Source of the DNA: Pelagibacteraceae bacterium AG-349-O05
GTDB lineage: Bacteria; Pseudomonadota; Alphaproteobacteria; Pelagibacterales; Pelagibacteraceae
Assembly: GCA_003281005.1 (NCBI GenBank)
Contig: QCDE01000005.1
Coordinates: 5,829-69,828, forward strand
Direction: 5' to 3'
Length of the DNA: 64,000 nucleotides
Positions 1 to 9,731 of the stretch are shown in pieces. The first letter of the stretch is position 1. The number at the start of each line of letters is the position of its first letter. Position numbers and translations under genes: made by a program. The notes under the pieces were generated by a model. That model did not search any database, was not told the DNA's origin, and was given only the letters and a program-made list of their open reading frames with translations.

Positions 1-1
1 T

Positions 2-307
2 TTTACAGGAAATATCGCACTGAAAACTGCTGAAGGTACAGCAAATTTTATTACTAGCGAACTTAAACAAGCAATGACAGGTTCGATGCTGGGTAAAATA
101 TCTTCTTTATTAAATATTTCAAACTTAAAAAAGTTTAAGAAAAGACTAGATCCAAGATTATACAATGGAGCTATATTTATTGGTTTAGATTCTCCAGTTG
201 TTAAAAGTCATGGAGGTACTGATTACATTGGTTTTTCAAATTCTTTGGATGTTTGCAATAGAATTGTTAAGGGTAATTTGATAGAAAAGATTAAGCAAAA
301 TATTTAA
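2..307 (+). CDS. plsX: Phosphate acyltransferase PlsX, C-terminal part (5' end outside window)
   Basis: Frame open from base 2: FTGNIALKTAEG...YNGAIFIGLDSPVVKSHG, typical PlsX C-terminal motifs; sits upstream of ihfA as in other alphaproteobacteria. Confidence 0.92.
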   Translation, partial: FTGNIALKTAEGTANFITSELKQAMTGSMLGKISSLLNISNLKKFKKRLDPRLYNGAIFIGLDSPVVKSHGGTDYIGFSNSLDVCNRIVKGNLIEKIKQNI

Positions 308-308
308 T

Positions 309-608
309 ATGAGAATAAATTTAACTAAAAAAGACTTAGTTAATTTAGTTTATATGCAGCTTGGTTTCTCAAAACAAATTTCTGAAAATTTAATTGAAGA
401 TTTTTTAATAACTATTGTTGATAATATTAAGAATGAAAAAAAATTAAAATTATCAAAATTTGGTACTTTTTCTATTAGAAAAAAAAAATCTAGAATTGGA
501 AGAAACCCCAAAACAAAAGAAACTAAAGTAATTTCAAGCAGAGATGTTGTATTGTTTAAGCCCTCAAAAGAATTTAAAAAATTTGTTAACTTGAAGGATG
601 ATGGATAA
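309..608 (+). CDS. ihfA: Integration host factor alpha subunit (HU/IHF family)
   Basis: KLSKFGTFSIRKKKSRIGRNPKT...VVLFKPS HU/IHF signature; plsX-ihfA-merR order. Confidence 0.9.
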   Translation: MRINLTKKDLVNLVYMQLGFSKQISENLIEDFLITIVDNIKNEKKLKLSKFGTFSIRKKKSRIGRNPKTKETKVISSRDVVLFKPSKEFKKFVNLKDDG

Positions 609-984
609 ATCAGATAGTGCATATAAAACTATTGGTGAAGTAGCTAAAATATTAAATCTTAAATCAAATGATAAAGGAGCTTTACCGACTCATGTCATTA
701 GATTTTGGGAAACTCAATTTAAACAAATTAAACCAAAGATATTAAATTCTAATAGAAGATATTATGATGAGAAAACAATAAATCTTCTAAAAAAAGTTAA
801 ATTTTTACTTAAAGATCAAGGTATGACAATAAATGGTGTAAAAAAAATATTAAATAACGAAGATTCTTTAAAGCTTGACGAAATTGCAGATAAATCTATA
901 AGAGCTGAAAATTTAAAAAATAAGTTATTAAAAATTTCTAATAAACTTAAAGAATTAAAATATGGCAAAAAAAACACACGTTAA
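601..984 (+). CDS. MerR-family transcriptional regulator
   Basis: YKTIGEVAKIL...HVIRFWETQF...RRYY...GMTINGVKK MerR HTH; follows ihfA; ATG at 601. Confidence 0.88.
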   Translation: MDKSDSAYKTIGEVAKILNLKSNDKGALPTHVIRFWETQFKQIKPKILNSNRRYYDEKTINLLKKVKFLLKDQGMTINGVKKILNNEDSLKLDEIADKSIRAENLKNKLLKISNKLKELKYGKKNTR

Positions 985-1153
985 AGTAAGAATGGTTCCT
1001 GAGGCTAAACCTGATAGTCCTTACTTCTATTATGTCAAAAAACCTGCCGGAGGTGAGAAAGCTAAAGTAAAACTTTCAGCAAAAAAATATAATCCAGATA
1101 CAAGAAAACATGAAATATTTGTGGAGAAGAAACTTCCACCGCATAGTAAGTAA
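962..1153 (+). CDS. rpmG: 50S ribosomal protein L33 (cysteine-free type)
   Basis: MAKK..VKVRMV...YFYYVKK...KLSAKKYNP..RKHEIFVEKK. Confidence 0.85.
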   Translation: MAKKTHVKVRMVPEAKPDSPYFYYVKKPAGGEKAKVKLSAKKYNPDTRKHEIFVEKKLPPHSK

Positions 1154-1444
1154 TTACTTTTTTTTAAAATTTCTCTTTTCGTAATCGATATAAGACAAAA
1201 TCATATTTTTCCATATACGATTAGTAATTTTAGGATCAATTTTTAGTTTTTTTGATTTAAGGTGGATTTTTTTAAGTATAAAATTGATACGTTTTTTATC
1301 TACAATTTCTTTTTTAAATTCTTTAAGTTTTAAAACATCTTTAACAAGATTTGTTCTATATTTAATTAAGGATAACAACTTGTTGTCTAACCTATCTAAT
1401 TTAGATCTTATTATTTCTAATTTTTTTTTGTTTTTAGGCGACAT
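1154..1444 (-). CDS. Chorismate mutase (AroQ type II)
   Basis: LEIIRSKLDRLDNKLLSLIKYRTNLV...K..IVDKKR AroQ pattern. Confidence 0.8.
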   Translation of the reverse strand: MSPKNKKKLEIIRSKLDRLDNKLLSLIKYRTNLVKDVLKLKEFKKEIVDKKRINFILKKIHLKSKKLKIDPKITNRIWKNMILSYIDYEKRNFKKK

Positions 1445-1487
1445 TTAATTTATTGGTTTAATTAATAATTATTATATTTATCTATTC

Positions 1488-2513
1488 ATGTACAGTCAGA
1501 ATTATTCTTTAAATTCTCAGTTAAAAATATGGATGATCACTTTATTATTAATGATCGTGCTTATAATTTTAGTAGGGGGCCTAACCAGATTAACTGACTC
1601 TGGCCTATCTATTACTACTTGGGAGCTTTTTGTTGGTACATTACCTCCTTTAACAAGTGATAAATGGATAGAATATTTTGATCTTTATAAAACAATACCT
1701 GAGTTTAAAGAACAAAATTTCAATATGACTTTAAATGAATTTAAAATAATTTTTTGGTGGGAATGGGCACATCGTCAATTGGGTAGATTAATTGGTCTAA
1801 CTGTTCTTTTGCCGATGATTTATTTTACATTTAAAAACGGTGTTTGGATTTTGAGAGAATATTCAATTATTTTTTTCTTAGTATGTTTTCAAGGATTTAT
1901 TGGATGGTACATGGTTTCAAGTGGTTTAGTTGATAGAGTTGATGTTAGTCATTATAGATTGTCACTACATTTATTTACTGCTTTTGCCATTTTATCTTTA
2001 GTTTTCTGGAAGTTTTTAAAACTAACAAATATAAAAATTAATCAAATTGATATTAAATTAAACTTAATTAAATTCTTTCTTTTATTATTATTTTTACAAT
2101 TAATAATTGGAGCATTTGTCTCTGGTATGGATGCAGGAAAAATTTATAATACATGGCCTTTAATGGGCTCTTCATTTTTTCCTGATGACAGTATGATCAG
2201 TGATATTTTTAGTCTCACACTATTTGATGATCAATCACTTGTTCAATTTATTCATAGGAATTTAGCTTATTTAATTGTCATAATATATTTTTATATGCTC
2301 TATTTTGTTTTAAAAAGTAGAAATGTAAATTTGAGAATACCAATTTTTATTATTGGAATTAGTTTACTTTTTCAAATTTTTTTGGGAGTTCTTACTATTT
2401 TATCTGGAGTAAAAATGCTCTATGCATCTCTACACCAGATAAATTCTATTTTAATAATACTTTCAACTTTATATTTTCTTTATATTGTAAAATATAAAAA
2501 AACTATTTATTAG
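1488..2513 (+). CDS. ctaA: Heme A synthase (COX15/CtaA)
   Basis: VGGLTRLTDSGLSITTW, WWEWAHRQLGR, QFIHR and LHQ His motifs; multiple TM segments. Confidence 0.93.
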   Translation: MYSQNYSLNSQLKIWMITLLLMIVLIILVGGLTRLTDSGLSITTWELFVGTLPPLTSDKWIEYFDLYKTIPEFKEQNFNMTLNEFKIIFWWEWAHRQLGRLIGLTVLLPMIYFTFKNGVWILREYSIIFFLVCFQGFIGWYMVSSGLVDRVDVSHYRLSLHLFTAFAILSLVFWKFLKLTNIKINQIDIKLNLIKFFLLLLFLQLIIGAFVSGMDAGKIYNTWPLMGSSFFPDDSMISDIFSLTLFDDQSLVQFIHRNLAYLIVIIYFYMLYFVLKSRNVNLRIPIFIIGISLLFQIFLGVLTILSGVKMLYASLHQINSILIILSTLYFLYIVKYKKTIY

Positions 2514-2542
2514 TTTCTATTTGTAGACATTAAAACCTCAAA

Positions 2543-3871
2543 TTAGCTTACAGCTTTTAAATTACCCTTTGAGGATTTATTCAATGCTTGATCTAAATCC
2601 TCAATTATATCATCAATGTGTTCAATACCTATACAAAGTCTTACATAACTTTGTGTGACACCTGATGCGGCTAGTTCTTTCTCATTTAATTGACTATGAG
2701 TTGTACTTGCTGGGTGAATTGCTAAACTTCTAGCATCACCAATATTAGCAACGTGATAGAACATTTTTAAAGACTCGATAAATTTTTTACCAGCCTCGAT
2801 ACCACCTTTAAGTTCAATACCAATCATTGGTCCATTTCCACCTTTAAGATATTTTTTTGCTCTATCAGCAATTGGTTTATCGTGTTCTGTAGAATAAATA
2901 ACTTTTGTAACTTCTTTATGTTTTTTAAGAAAATCAACAACATACTCAGCATTAGCACAATGTTGTCTCATTCTTAAAGCAACCGTCTCAAGTCCTTGAA
3001 TTATTGCAAAAGCATTATCTGGGGCCAGAGCTGATCCCAAGTCTCTCAATAAACAAACTCTTGCTCTAACTGCGAAGGGGACATTAGCACCAGTTAATTC
3101 CGGTACAGCTTTTCCCCAAACAACACCACCATAACTTGCATCTGGTTCGTTAAATAATGGTTGTCTCTTAGGATTTGCAGTCCAATCAAAGTTACCACTA
3201 TCAACTATACTTCCTGCAACTGCTGTACCATGCCCACCTATATATTTTGTAAGTGAGTGAATTACTACTGCGGCTCCGTGTTCAATTGGTCTGCATATTA
3301 CTGGTGCAGCTGTGTTATCCATTATTAGTGGAATGTTATATTTTCTTCCAATGTCAGAAACCTCTTTTATTGGAAAGACTCTTAAATATGGATTAGGAAG
3401 AGTTTCACCGTAAAAAGCTCTAGTTTTATCATCTATTAACTTTTCAAAATTTTCAGGATTACTTGGATCTGCATATCTTATCTCTATACCAAGTTTACTA
3501 AGTGTATGTGTGAATAAAGATACTGTCCCACCATAAAGATCGGTTGAGCTTACTATATTATCACCAGCTTGGGCTACATTTAACACAGCAAACGTTGATG
3601 CAGTTTGACCTGAAGATACAGTTACACATGACAGACCTCCTTCAAGAGCGGCAACTCTTTTTTCCAGGACATCATTTGTAGGGTTCATTATACGAGTGTA
3701 TATGTTACCAAATTCTTTAAGAGCGAAAAGGTTAGCAGCGTGCTCTGTGTTGTTAAATTGGTACGAAGTTGTTCTATAAATCGGAACAGCTACTGCATTC
3801 GTTGCTGGATCACTCCTATAGTCACCACCATGTATGGCAATAGTTTCAGGGTTATTTCTTTTTTTAGTCAT
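2543..3871 (-). CDS. metY: O-acetylhomoserine aminocarboxypropyltransferase (sulfhydrylase)
   Basis: YTRIMNPT, HSLTKYIGGHG (PLP lysine), ANIGDARSLAIHPASTTHSQL; SAM riboswitches upstream. Confidence 0.93.
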   Translation of the reverse strand: MTKKRNNPETIAIHGGDYRSDPATNAVAVPIYRTTSYQFNNTEHAANLFALKEFGNIYTRIMNPTNDVLEKRVAALEGGLSCVTVSSGQTASTFAVLNVAQAGDNIVSSTDLYGGTVSLFTHTLSKLGIEIRYADPSNPENFEKLIDDKTRAFYGETLPNPYLRVFPIKEVSDIGRKYNIPLIMDNTAAPVICRPIEHGAAVVIHSLTKYIGGHGTAVAGSIVDSGNFDWTANPKRQPLFNEPDASYGGVVWGKAVPELTGANVPFAVRARVCLLRDLGSALAPDNAFAIIQGLETVALRMRQHCANAEYVVDFLKKHKEVTKVIYSTEHDKPIADRAKKYLKGGNGPMIGIELKGGIEAGKKFIESLKMFYHVANIGDARSLAIHPASTTHSQLNEKELAASGVTQSYVRLCIGIEHIDDIIEDLDQALNKSSKGNLKAVS

Positions 3872-3875
3872 TTTA

Positions 3876-3932
3876 CTCCTTTTTTAGTGCTTCAACATTA
3901 TGTTAGGCGCACAATACAGTTCAAATGCCTAC
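3876..3932 (-). ncRNA. SAM-V riboswitch overlapping the metY ribosome-binding site
   Basis: Minus strand GUAGGC-AUUUGAACUGUAUUGUGC-GCCU-AACAUAAUGUU-GAAGCACUAAAAAAGGAG: P1 AGGC/GCCU, pseudoknot UUGUGC/GCACUAA, ending at GGAG 4 nt before ATG; matches the SAM-V consensus as I recall it. Confidence 0.9.
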
Positions 3933-3956
3933 CGACTTTATCAATTTTGTGAAATT

Positions 3957-4003
3957 TCCTTTTTAGCAGTTATAAGCCCGCAATAGGATCAAATCGGCAA
4001 CTG
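3957..4003 (-). ncRNA. SAM-II riboswitch (5' member of tandem)
   Basis: Minus strand CAGUUGCCGAUUUGAUCCUAUUGCGGGCUUAUAACUGCUAAAAAGGA: GAUUU..AUUGC core and GCUAAA 3' strand typical of SAM-II. Confidence 0.8.
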
Positions 4004-4083
4004 TTTTTTAGCATATTAGCTACATATTTCAAGCTAAATATAAAATTGACTTTGTAATTATTAATAGTATTAATCCACGCACA

Positions 4084-4542
4084 ATGACAAAATTCACTAA
4101 AAAAGACCAATTAAATTCATCTTGGTATGAAATAGACGCGAAGAATGCAGTAGTTGGAAGATTAGCAACTATTGTTTCCAATATTATAAGAGGTAAGAAC
4201 AAAACTACATACACACCTCATATGGATGATGGTGACTTTGTTGTTGTTAAAAATATTGAACAAGCAAAATTTACCGGAAAAAAATTTCAAGATAAAAAGT
4301 ATTACAGACACACTGGTCATCCAGGTGGAATTAAAGTTACAACACCTGAGAAACTTCATGAAAAAAAACCTGGAGAAACTTTAAAAATGGCAGTTAAAAG
4401 AATGTTACCTGGTGGGGTATTGGGGAGAAAGCAATTAACAAAATTAAAAATTTATACAGGAAATGAACATCCACATTCAGCACAAAATCCGACTGTAATA
4501 GAGTTAGATAAATTAAACAGTAAAAATATAGCTAGAAACTAA
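4084..4542 (+). CDS. rplM: 50S ribosomal protein L13
   Basis: WYEIDA..VVGRLA, YTPHMDDGDFVVV, YYRHTGHPGGIK. Confidence 0.97.
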   Translation: MTKFTKKDQLNSSWYEIDAKNAVVGRLATIVSNIIRGKNKTTYTPHMDDGDFVVVKNIEQAKFTGKKFQDKKYYRHTGHPGGIKVTTPEKLHEKKPGETLKMAVKRMLPGGVLGRKQLTKLKIYTGNEHPHSAQNPTVIELDKLNSKNIARN

Positions 4543-4543
4543 G

Positions 4544-4981
4544 ATGGAAAATACTCAATCAGCATCAAAATCCCCAAAATTAAAATTAGATTTTAAAGAT
4601 AGTAAATACGCTACTGGTAGAAGAAAAACATCAATTGCAAAAGTTTGGTTAAAAAAAGGTTCTGGCAAAATTTATGTAAATGGTAAATTATTTAGTGATT
4701 ATTTTGCTGACGAAACTCATAAAATGCAAATTACAAGACCTTTTGAGATTATTAATCAGGCTACTGATTATGATGTAAGATGCAGTGTAAAAGGAGGAGG
4801 ACCTACAGGCCAAGCAGGGGCTATGGTTCACGGTATTTCAAAAGCTTTAGTATTATTTGATGAAAATCTAAAAGCCACCTTAAAAACAGAGAAACTTACT
4901 ACCAGAGACTCAAGAGCAGTTGAAAGAAAAAAACCTGGTAGAAGAAAAGCTAGAAGAAGCTTCCAATTCTCTAAAAGATAA
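4544..4981 (+). CDS. rpsI: 30S ribosomal protein S9
   Basis: YATGRRKTSIA, GGGPTGQAGA, TRDSRAVERKKPG...QFSKR. Confidence 0.97.
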   Translation: MENTQSASKSPKLKLDFKDSKYATGRRKTSIAKVWLKKGSGKIYVNGKLFSDYFADETHKMQITRPFEIINQATDYDVRCSVKGGGPTGQAGAMVHGISKALVLFDENLKATLKTEKLTTRDSRAVERKKPGRRKARRSFQFSKR

Positions 4982-5014
4982 TTTTTTTTTAATTTTTAAC
5001 TGTTATAATAAAAA

Positions 5015-6037
5015 ATGTCTAAGCTTAACGCATTAGTTGCTGGATCAACTGGATTTATTGGTGTTCAATTAATTAAATTATTAGTTAAACACAAATATAT
5101 TAATATTAAACACCTTTGTGGAAACTCTTCTGTGGGTAAACACGTCAAATTTTACGATAAATCTTTATCTAAATATAAATTACCAAAAATTTTAAAATTT
5201 AATAAAAAATTATTAAAAGACGTTCATGTTATTTTTACAGCACTTCCAAATGGGGAAGCACAGGATATATCTAAACATTTAAGCAAAAATCATACTCTAA
5301 TAGATCTTGCTGCAGATTTTAGATTAGAAAAAGCTTCTGATTATTTAAAATGGTATAAACAAAAACATCGAGCAACTAATTTAATAAAAAAAAGTATTTA
5401 TTTACTTCCTGAAATTAATAGAAAAGAGATAAAAAAATATAATATTATTTCATGTCCGGGATGTTATCCAACATCAATATTGCTTCCTCTATTTCCTTTA
5501 TTTAAGAAAAATTTGATTAAATTTAATAATATTATAATTGACTCAAAATCTGGATATTCAGGTGCTGGTAGAGGAGTTCACAAAAAATATAAAGATAAAA
5601 ATCTATATGAGTCTTTAAGCGCATATGGAGTTGGTTTTCATCGTCACAATTCTGAAATAGATCAAATGTTAAGAAAATTTACTAAGAAAAAATTTCAATT
5701 TAGTTTTACTCCTCACTTATCACCAATGTTTAGAGGCATTCTGAGTACTATATATGTTGATTTAGAAAATAATATTTCACAAACAAAAGTATTAAAAACT
5801 TTAATTAGTTTTTATAAAAACGAAAGTTTTGTAAAAATATTTAAGACTGGCACATTGTTAAGCACCAATGACGTAATAAATACTAACAATTGTTATATTT
5901 CAGTGTGCAAATCTAAATATAGTAATAAAATAATCATTCTATCTGCTATTGATAATTTGATTAAAGGTGGGGCAGGTCAAGCTGTACAAAATTTAAATAA
6001 TAAATTTAATTTTCCTGAAAAGACAGGGTTAAAATGA
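5015..6037 (+). CDS. argC: N-acetyl-gamma-glutamyl-phosphate reductase
   Basis: GSTGFIG, DLAADFRL, PGCYPT catalytic Cys, DNLIKGGAGQAVQN. Confidence 0.95.
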   Translation: MSKLNALVAGSTGFIGVQLIKLLVKHKYINIKHLCGNSSVGKHVKFYDKSLSKYKLPKILKFNKKLLKDVHVIFTALPNGEAQDISKHLSKNHTLIDLAADFRLEKASDYLKWYKQKHRATNLIKKSIYLLPEINRKEIKKYNIISCPGCYPTSILLPLFPLFKKNLIKFNNIIIDSKSGYSGAGRGVHKKYKDKNLYESLSAYGVGFHRHNSEIDQMLRKFTKKKFQFSFTPHLSPMFRGILSTIYVDLENNISQTKVLKTLISFYKNESFVKIFKTGTLLSTNDVINTNNCYISVCKSKYSNKIIILSAIDNLIKGGAGQAVQNLNNKFNFPEKTGLK

Positions 6038-6261
6038 GAAAATTTATAATAATTTTTTTTTCATTAATATTATCCAATTGTTCTTTAAACAAAGATTCTC
6101 AATATTGGACAGAAAATTCTATTGAAAATAAAAATAATCAAAAAAAATTAAATCAAATATTAAAAAAGGCAGACGATATAACGTCAATGACATTAGAGGA
6201 ATATGAGATTTATATAGATGACTATACAAAAAAAAGTAAATATCCAGATATAAGTAAATGA
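6034..6261 (+). CDS. Small hypothetical lipoprotein
   Basis: MRK + hydrophobic core + LSNC lipobox; overlaps argC and hom by a few bases. Confidence 0.7.
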   Translation: MRKFIIIFFSLILSNCSLNKDSQYWTENSIENKNNQKKLNQILKKADDITSMTLEEYEIYIDDYTKKSKYPDISK

Positions 6262-7550
6262 GTAAATTAATTAATATTGCAGTAGTAGGACTTGGTCAGG
6301 TTGGTAATTATTTGCTAAACGAACTTAATACAAAAAAGAAAGATATTGAGCTTAAAACAGGTAAGAAAATAAATGTAGTGGCTGTATCCGCAAGAAGTAT
6401 TAATAAAAAACGAAAATTTAAAGTTAATAAAAAAATATTTTACAAAAATCCTTTAGAAATTTTTAAAAAAAATAAAATTGACATATTGTTTGAAGCCATA
6501 GGTTTATCAGATGGAATTTCTAAAAAAGTTGTAGAAACTGCTTTAAAAAGTAAAATCCACGTTATTACACCTAATAAAGCTTTAATATCAAAACACGGTA
6601 ATGAGTTAGCAAAACTTGCAGAAAAAAATAAAGTTAATTTGGAATTTGAAGCATCAGTTGCTGGAGGCATCCCGATATTAAGATCTATTAAAGAAGGATT
6701 AGCAACAAATAAAATATCTAAGGTTTATGGAATTCTGAACGGTACCTCAAATTATATTTTATCTGAAATGGAAAATTCAAATCAAAATTTTGCTGACGTT
6801 TTAAAAAAAGCACAGATACTTGGTTATGCTGAACCTGGTAATCCAAAATTAGACTTAAATGGTTTTGATGCATTTGCAAAAGTAAGAATTTTGTCTGCTT
6901 TAGCCTTTAACAGTAAAATTTCAAAACATAAGTGTTTAATGGAAGGAATAGAAAAAATTGAATTAAAAGATATTAAAATTGCAAATCAATTAGATTTAAG
7001 AATAAAGCTACTGGGAATTTCTGAGTTAAAGAATAATCATCTTTTTGAAACAGTTCATCCATGTTTGGTTAGTAAAAAATCTTATATTGGTAATGTTAAC
7101 GGTGTAATGAATGCAGTTATTCTCCAAGGTAAACCAGTTGGAGAAAGTGTATTACAAGGGGAGGGAGCTGGACCAGGTCCTACTTCTTCATCATTACTAT
7201 CTGATTTATTATCGATTTTGCGTGGTAATATAAAAAAACCTTTCGGTGTTAGTGTTTCTAAGCTTAAATCTTTAAAGCAATATAATGTAAATAATTATGT
7301 AAATTCATTATATTTAAGATTTGAAGTAAAAGATAAGCCTGGTGTATTATCCGAAATAACTAATCGTTTAGCTAAATACAAAATTTCAGTTAAAAGGCTA
7401 ATTCAAACACCTGATAAGAAAAACAATAAGGCAACAATAGTTATTATAACTCATAAAACAACTGAAACTAATATTCATAATTGCTTGTCTATTTTCAAAA
7501 AAAATAAAAATATTTTAAAAACACCAACATTAATTAGATTGCTTAGTTAA
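6258..7550 (+). CDS. hom: Homoserine dehydrogenase with C-terminal ACT domain
   Basis: GLGQVG, EASVAGGIP, GILNGTSNYIL, GYAE, GAGPGPT; DKPGVL ACT start. Confidence 0.95.
   Translation: MSKLINIAVVGLGQVGNYLLNELNTKKKDIELKTGKKINVVAVSARSINKKRKFKVNKKIFYKNPLEIFKKNKIDILFEAIGLSDGISKKVVETALKSKIHVITPNKALISKHGNELAKLAEKNKVNLEFEASVAGGIPILRSIKEGLATNKISKVYGILNGTSNYILSEMENSNQNFADVLKKAQILGYAEPGNPKLDLNGFDAFAKVRILSALAFNSKISKHKCLMEGIEKIELKDIKIANQLDLRIKLLGISELKNNHLFETVHPCLVSKKSYIGNVNGVMNAVILQGKPVGESVLQGEGAGPGPTSSSLLSDLLSILRGNIKKPFGVSVSKLKSLKQYNVNNYVNSLYLRFEVKDKPGVLSEITNRLAKYKISVKRLIQTPDKKNNKATIVIITHKTTETNIHNCLSIFKKNKNILKTPTLIRLLS
7158..7165 (+). other. KOPS-type octamer GGGGAGGG (within hom)
   Basis: Exact GGGNAGGG match on + strand, pointing towards the putative terminus. 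Confidence 0.35.
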
Positions 7551-8449
7551 TGGAAATTTATTTAAAACTTTTTGAAGTTTTATTTCCAGTATTCCTAATA
7601 GTAGGTCTTGGATATCATTTGGGTAAAAAAAATCCTGATTTCGATACATCATTTATAACTACATATGCTGGTAATTTTGGAACTCCAGCTCTCGTTATTT
7701 TTGCTATTACAGCTGGTGGAGTAACTTTTGAGTTATTTAGTGAATATTTTGGTTACGCAATTATCTTATTAACATTATTTGGGATTGTAGGTTTAATTTT
7801 TCTTGTTCTCATGAAGAAAGATTATATTCGTGAATTACCAACTTTTATCTTACCAAATACTGGAAATATGGGTATTCCGATTTGTTTATTTGCTTATGGG
7901 GAACTTGGAATGGGAATAGCAGCTACAATTTCATCTCTAATTGTTTTACTTCACTTTACTTTAAATATTTTTTTAGCAAAACGAGCCTTTGATTTTAAAA
8001 CTATATTAAAAAGTCCATCATTTTATGCAATTTTAATAACAGTACTATTTTTGTATTTTGAAATTCCATTTCCTCAATTTGTATTAAATACTGTAATGCT
8101 TTTAGCTTATGGAATGATTGTAATGATCCTTATGTCGCTAGGTGTTGCTCTTACACAAATGAAAGTATTTTCTTTTAAAGATGCATTAATAACTTCTTTC
8201 GGAAGAGTAATATTAGGTCCTATTATAGGATTTGCTGTTATAAAATTTTTTAATTTATCCGGAATACCAGCTGGTGTTCTGTTGATTCAGTCTTGTATGC
8301 CTAGTGCAATTTTGTGTTATTTGATCGCGCACATGTATTCTCCTAAAGAAATTGTAGATAATATATCTAGCACAATTGTAGTATCCACAATCATGTCATT
8401 ATTCACTATTCCGATTACATTATTCTTTGCTTTAAAATACTTCTATTAA
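7550..8449 (+). CDS. AEC (auxin efflux carrier) family membrane transporter
   Basis: PNTGNMGIP, MPSA motifs; about 10 TM segments. Confidence 0.85.
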   Translation: MEIYLKLFEVLFPVFLIVGLGYHLGKKNPDFDTSFITTYAGNFGTPALVIFAITAGGVTFELFSEYFGYAIILLTLFGIVGLIFLVLMKKDYIRELPTFILPNTGNMGIPICLFAYGELGMGIAATISSLIVLLHFTLNIFLAKRAFDFKTILKSPSFYAILITVLFLYFEIPFPQFVLNTVMLLAYGMIVMILMSLGVALTQMKVFSFKDALITSFGRVILGPIIGFAVIKFFNLSGIPAGVLLIQSCMPSAILCYLIAHMYSPKEIVDNISSTIVVSTIMSLFTIPITLFFALKYFY

Positions 8450-8465
8450 GAGATACCCTTCTTTT

Positions 8466-9314
8466 ATGAAGGCTATAATTTTAAATGCATCTGCTTGGAT
8501 GATTGTTCCTGTAATGGATGCTTTTGCCAAATATTTAAGCTCATCTATGGATGTTTTACAGATAACATGGGCAAGATATTTTTTTACTGTAGTCTTTACA
8601 TTATCCCTAATGCTTATCTTTTATAGGCATTCATTAGTTTGGACGAAAAAACCAGCCCTTCAATTAATTAGAGGATTAATTTTTGTTTTTTCTACTTATT
8701 TGTTCTTTTATGCAATATCGGAAATTTCACTTCCTAAAGCCTTAACCTTGGCTTTTGTTGCACCAATTTGTGTTACAGCCTTATCTCCATTTTTTTTAAA
8801 TGAGAAAGTAGGTGTGAAGAGGTGGACTGCTGTATCATTAGGTTTTATTGGAACTTTAATTGTGATTAGACCTGGTTTTATTGAGCTTAACTTGGCTACT
8901 ATAGCTGCTTTAGGTAATGGAATTTGCTATGGATTTTATCTTATTATAACTAGGAAGCTCAGTAACTCTGATAGTCCTCTTTTGACTCTTTTACTATCTG
9001 GCTTGATAGGAACTATAATAATTAGTTTATTTATGCCCTCTGTTTGGGTTAATCCTACGTCAAATCAGTGGTTTTTGATGGCTTTAATCGGTCTTATAGC
9101 CTCTGTAGCGCATCTTTTTCTGATATTATCACTCAAATATGCTGATGCCTCTAAATTAGCTCCTTTAGGCTATACAGAGATCATTACAAACATACTTATT
9201 AGTTACTATTTCTTTCATGAGTTGCCTGATAATTGGACATATTTAGGCTTGTTCATTATTGTTCTTAGTGGTTTATATATATCCAGAAGAGAATATTTGC
9301 TTCGTTCTAATTGA
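8466..9314 (+). CDS. DMT/EamA family transporter
   Basis: Two EamA-like repeats (FLNEKVG..RW, ADASKLAP.GY); hydrophobic throughout. Confidence 0.88.
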   Translation: MKAIILNASAWMIVPVMDAFAKYLSSSMDVLQITWARYFFTVVFTLSLMLIFYRHSLVWTKKPALQLIRGLIFVFSTYLFFYAISEISLPKALTLAFVAPICVTALSPFFLNEKVGVKRWTAVSLGFIGTLIVIRPGFIELNLATIAALGNGICYGFYLIITRKLSNSDSPLLTLLLSGLIGTIIISLFMPSVWVNPTSNQWFLMALIGLIASVAHLFLILSLKYADASKLAPLGYTEIITNILISYYFFHELPDNWTYLGLFIIVLSGLYISRREYLLRSN

Positions 9315-9574
9315 TAGTAAATAAATAGTTACTAATATATAATTTAATACTTTAGATTATTTAATTAAACTATTGTAATTATTAAGTTTTTTATTATATA
9401 ATATAAAGATAAATTAATACAAAATATCCAATTAATAACTATTATTTTAAATAGTTAAAAGCAAAAATAGCAATCATAATACAGAAAATAAACCATAATA
9501 CTTAAAAGTGTTTAATACCAATGGTTTTATTAGCAAATTAAACACAAAATTTAAAAATTCTTATTTTAATAAGT

Positions 9575-9582
9575 GGGTAGGG
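9575..9582 (+). other. KOPS-type octamer GGGTAGGG
   Basis: Exact GGGNAGGG match inside a very AT-rich intergenic region, 150 bp before the dif-like site. Confidence 0.45.
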
Positions 9583-9731
9583 GGACAAAAATTTTTAAAA
9601 TTCAATGAAATTTGACACTAAATTTAGCCCTGGGATCATTGAAAAGTAGAGCAATGCAGTTATAGAATATATGTTTTAAACGCCCATAGAGGTGCTTTAT
9701 TTTGTTATATCTCGATATATAGCACAACTGA

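Noticed and set aside
3740-4359. Short ORFs 3740..3952, 4029..4214 and 4162..4359
   Set aside because: Shadow frames of metY, the riboswitches and rplM; no recognisable motifs
9443-9501. Hydrophobic minus-strand reading frame VLWFIFCIMIAIFAFNYLK
   Set aside because: Preceded by an in-frame stop, very short, and expected from AT-rich sequence
9315-9570. AT-rich stretch as oriC/DUE
   Set aside because: No TTATCCACA-type boxes seen, and flanking genes converge on the region rather than diverge from it
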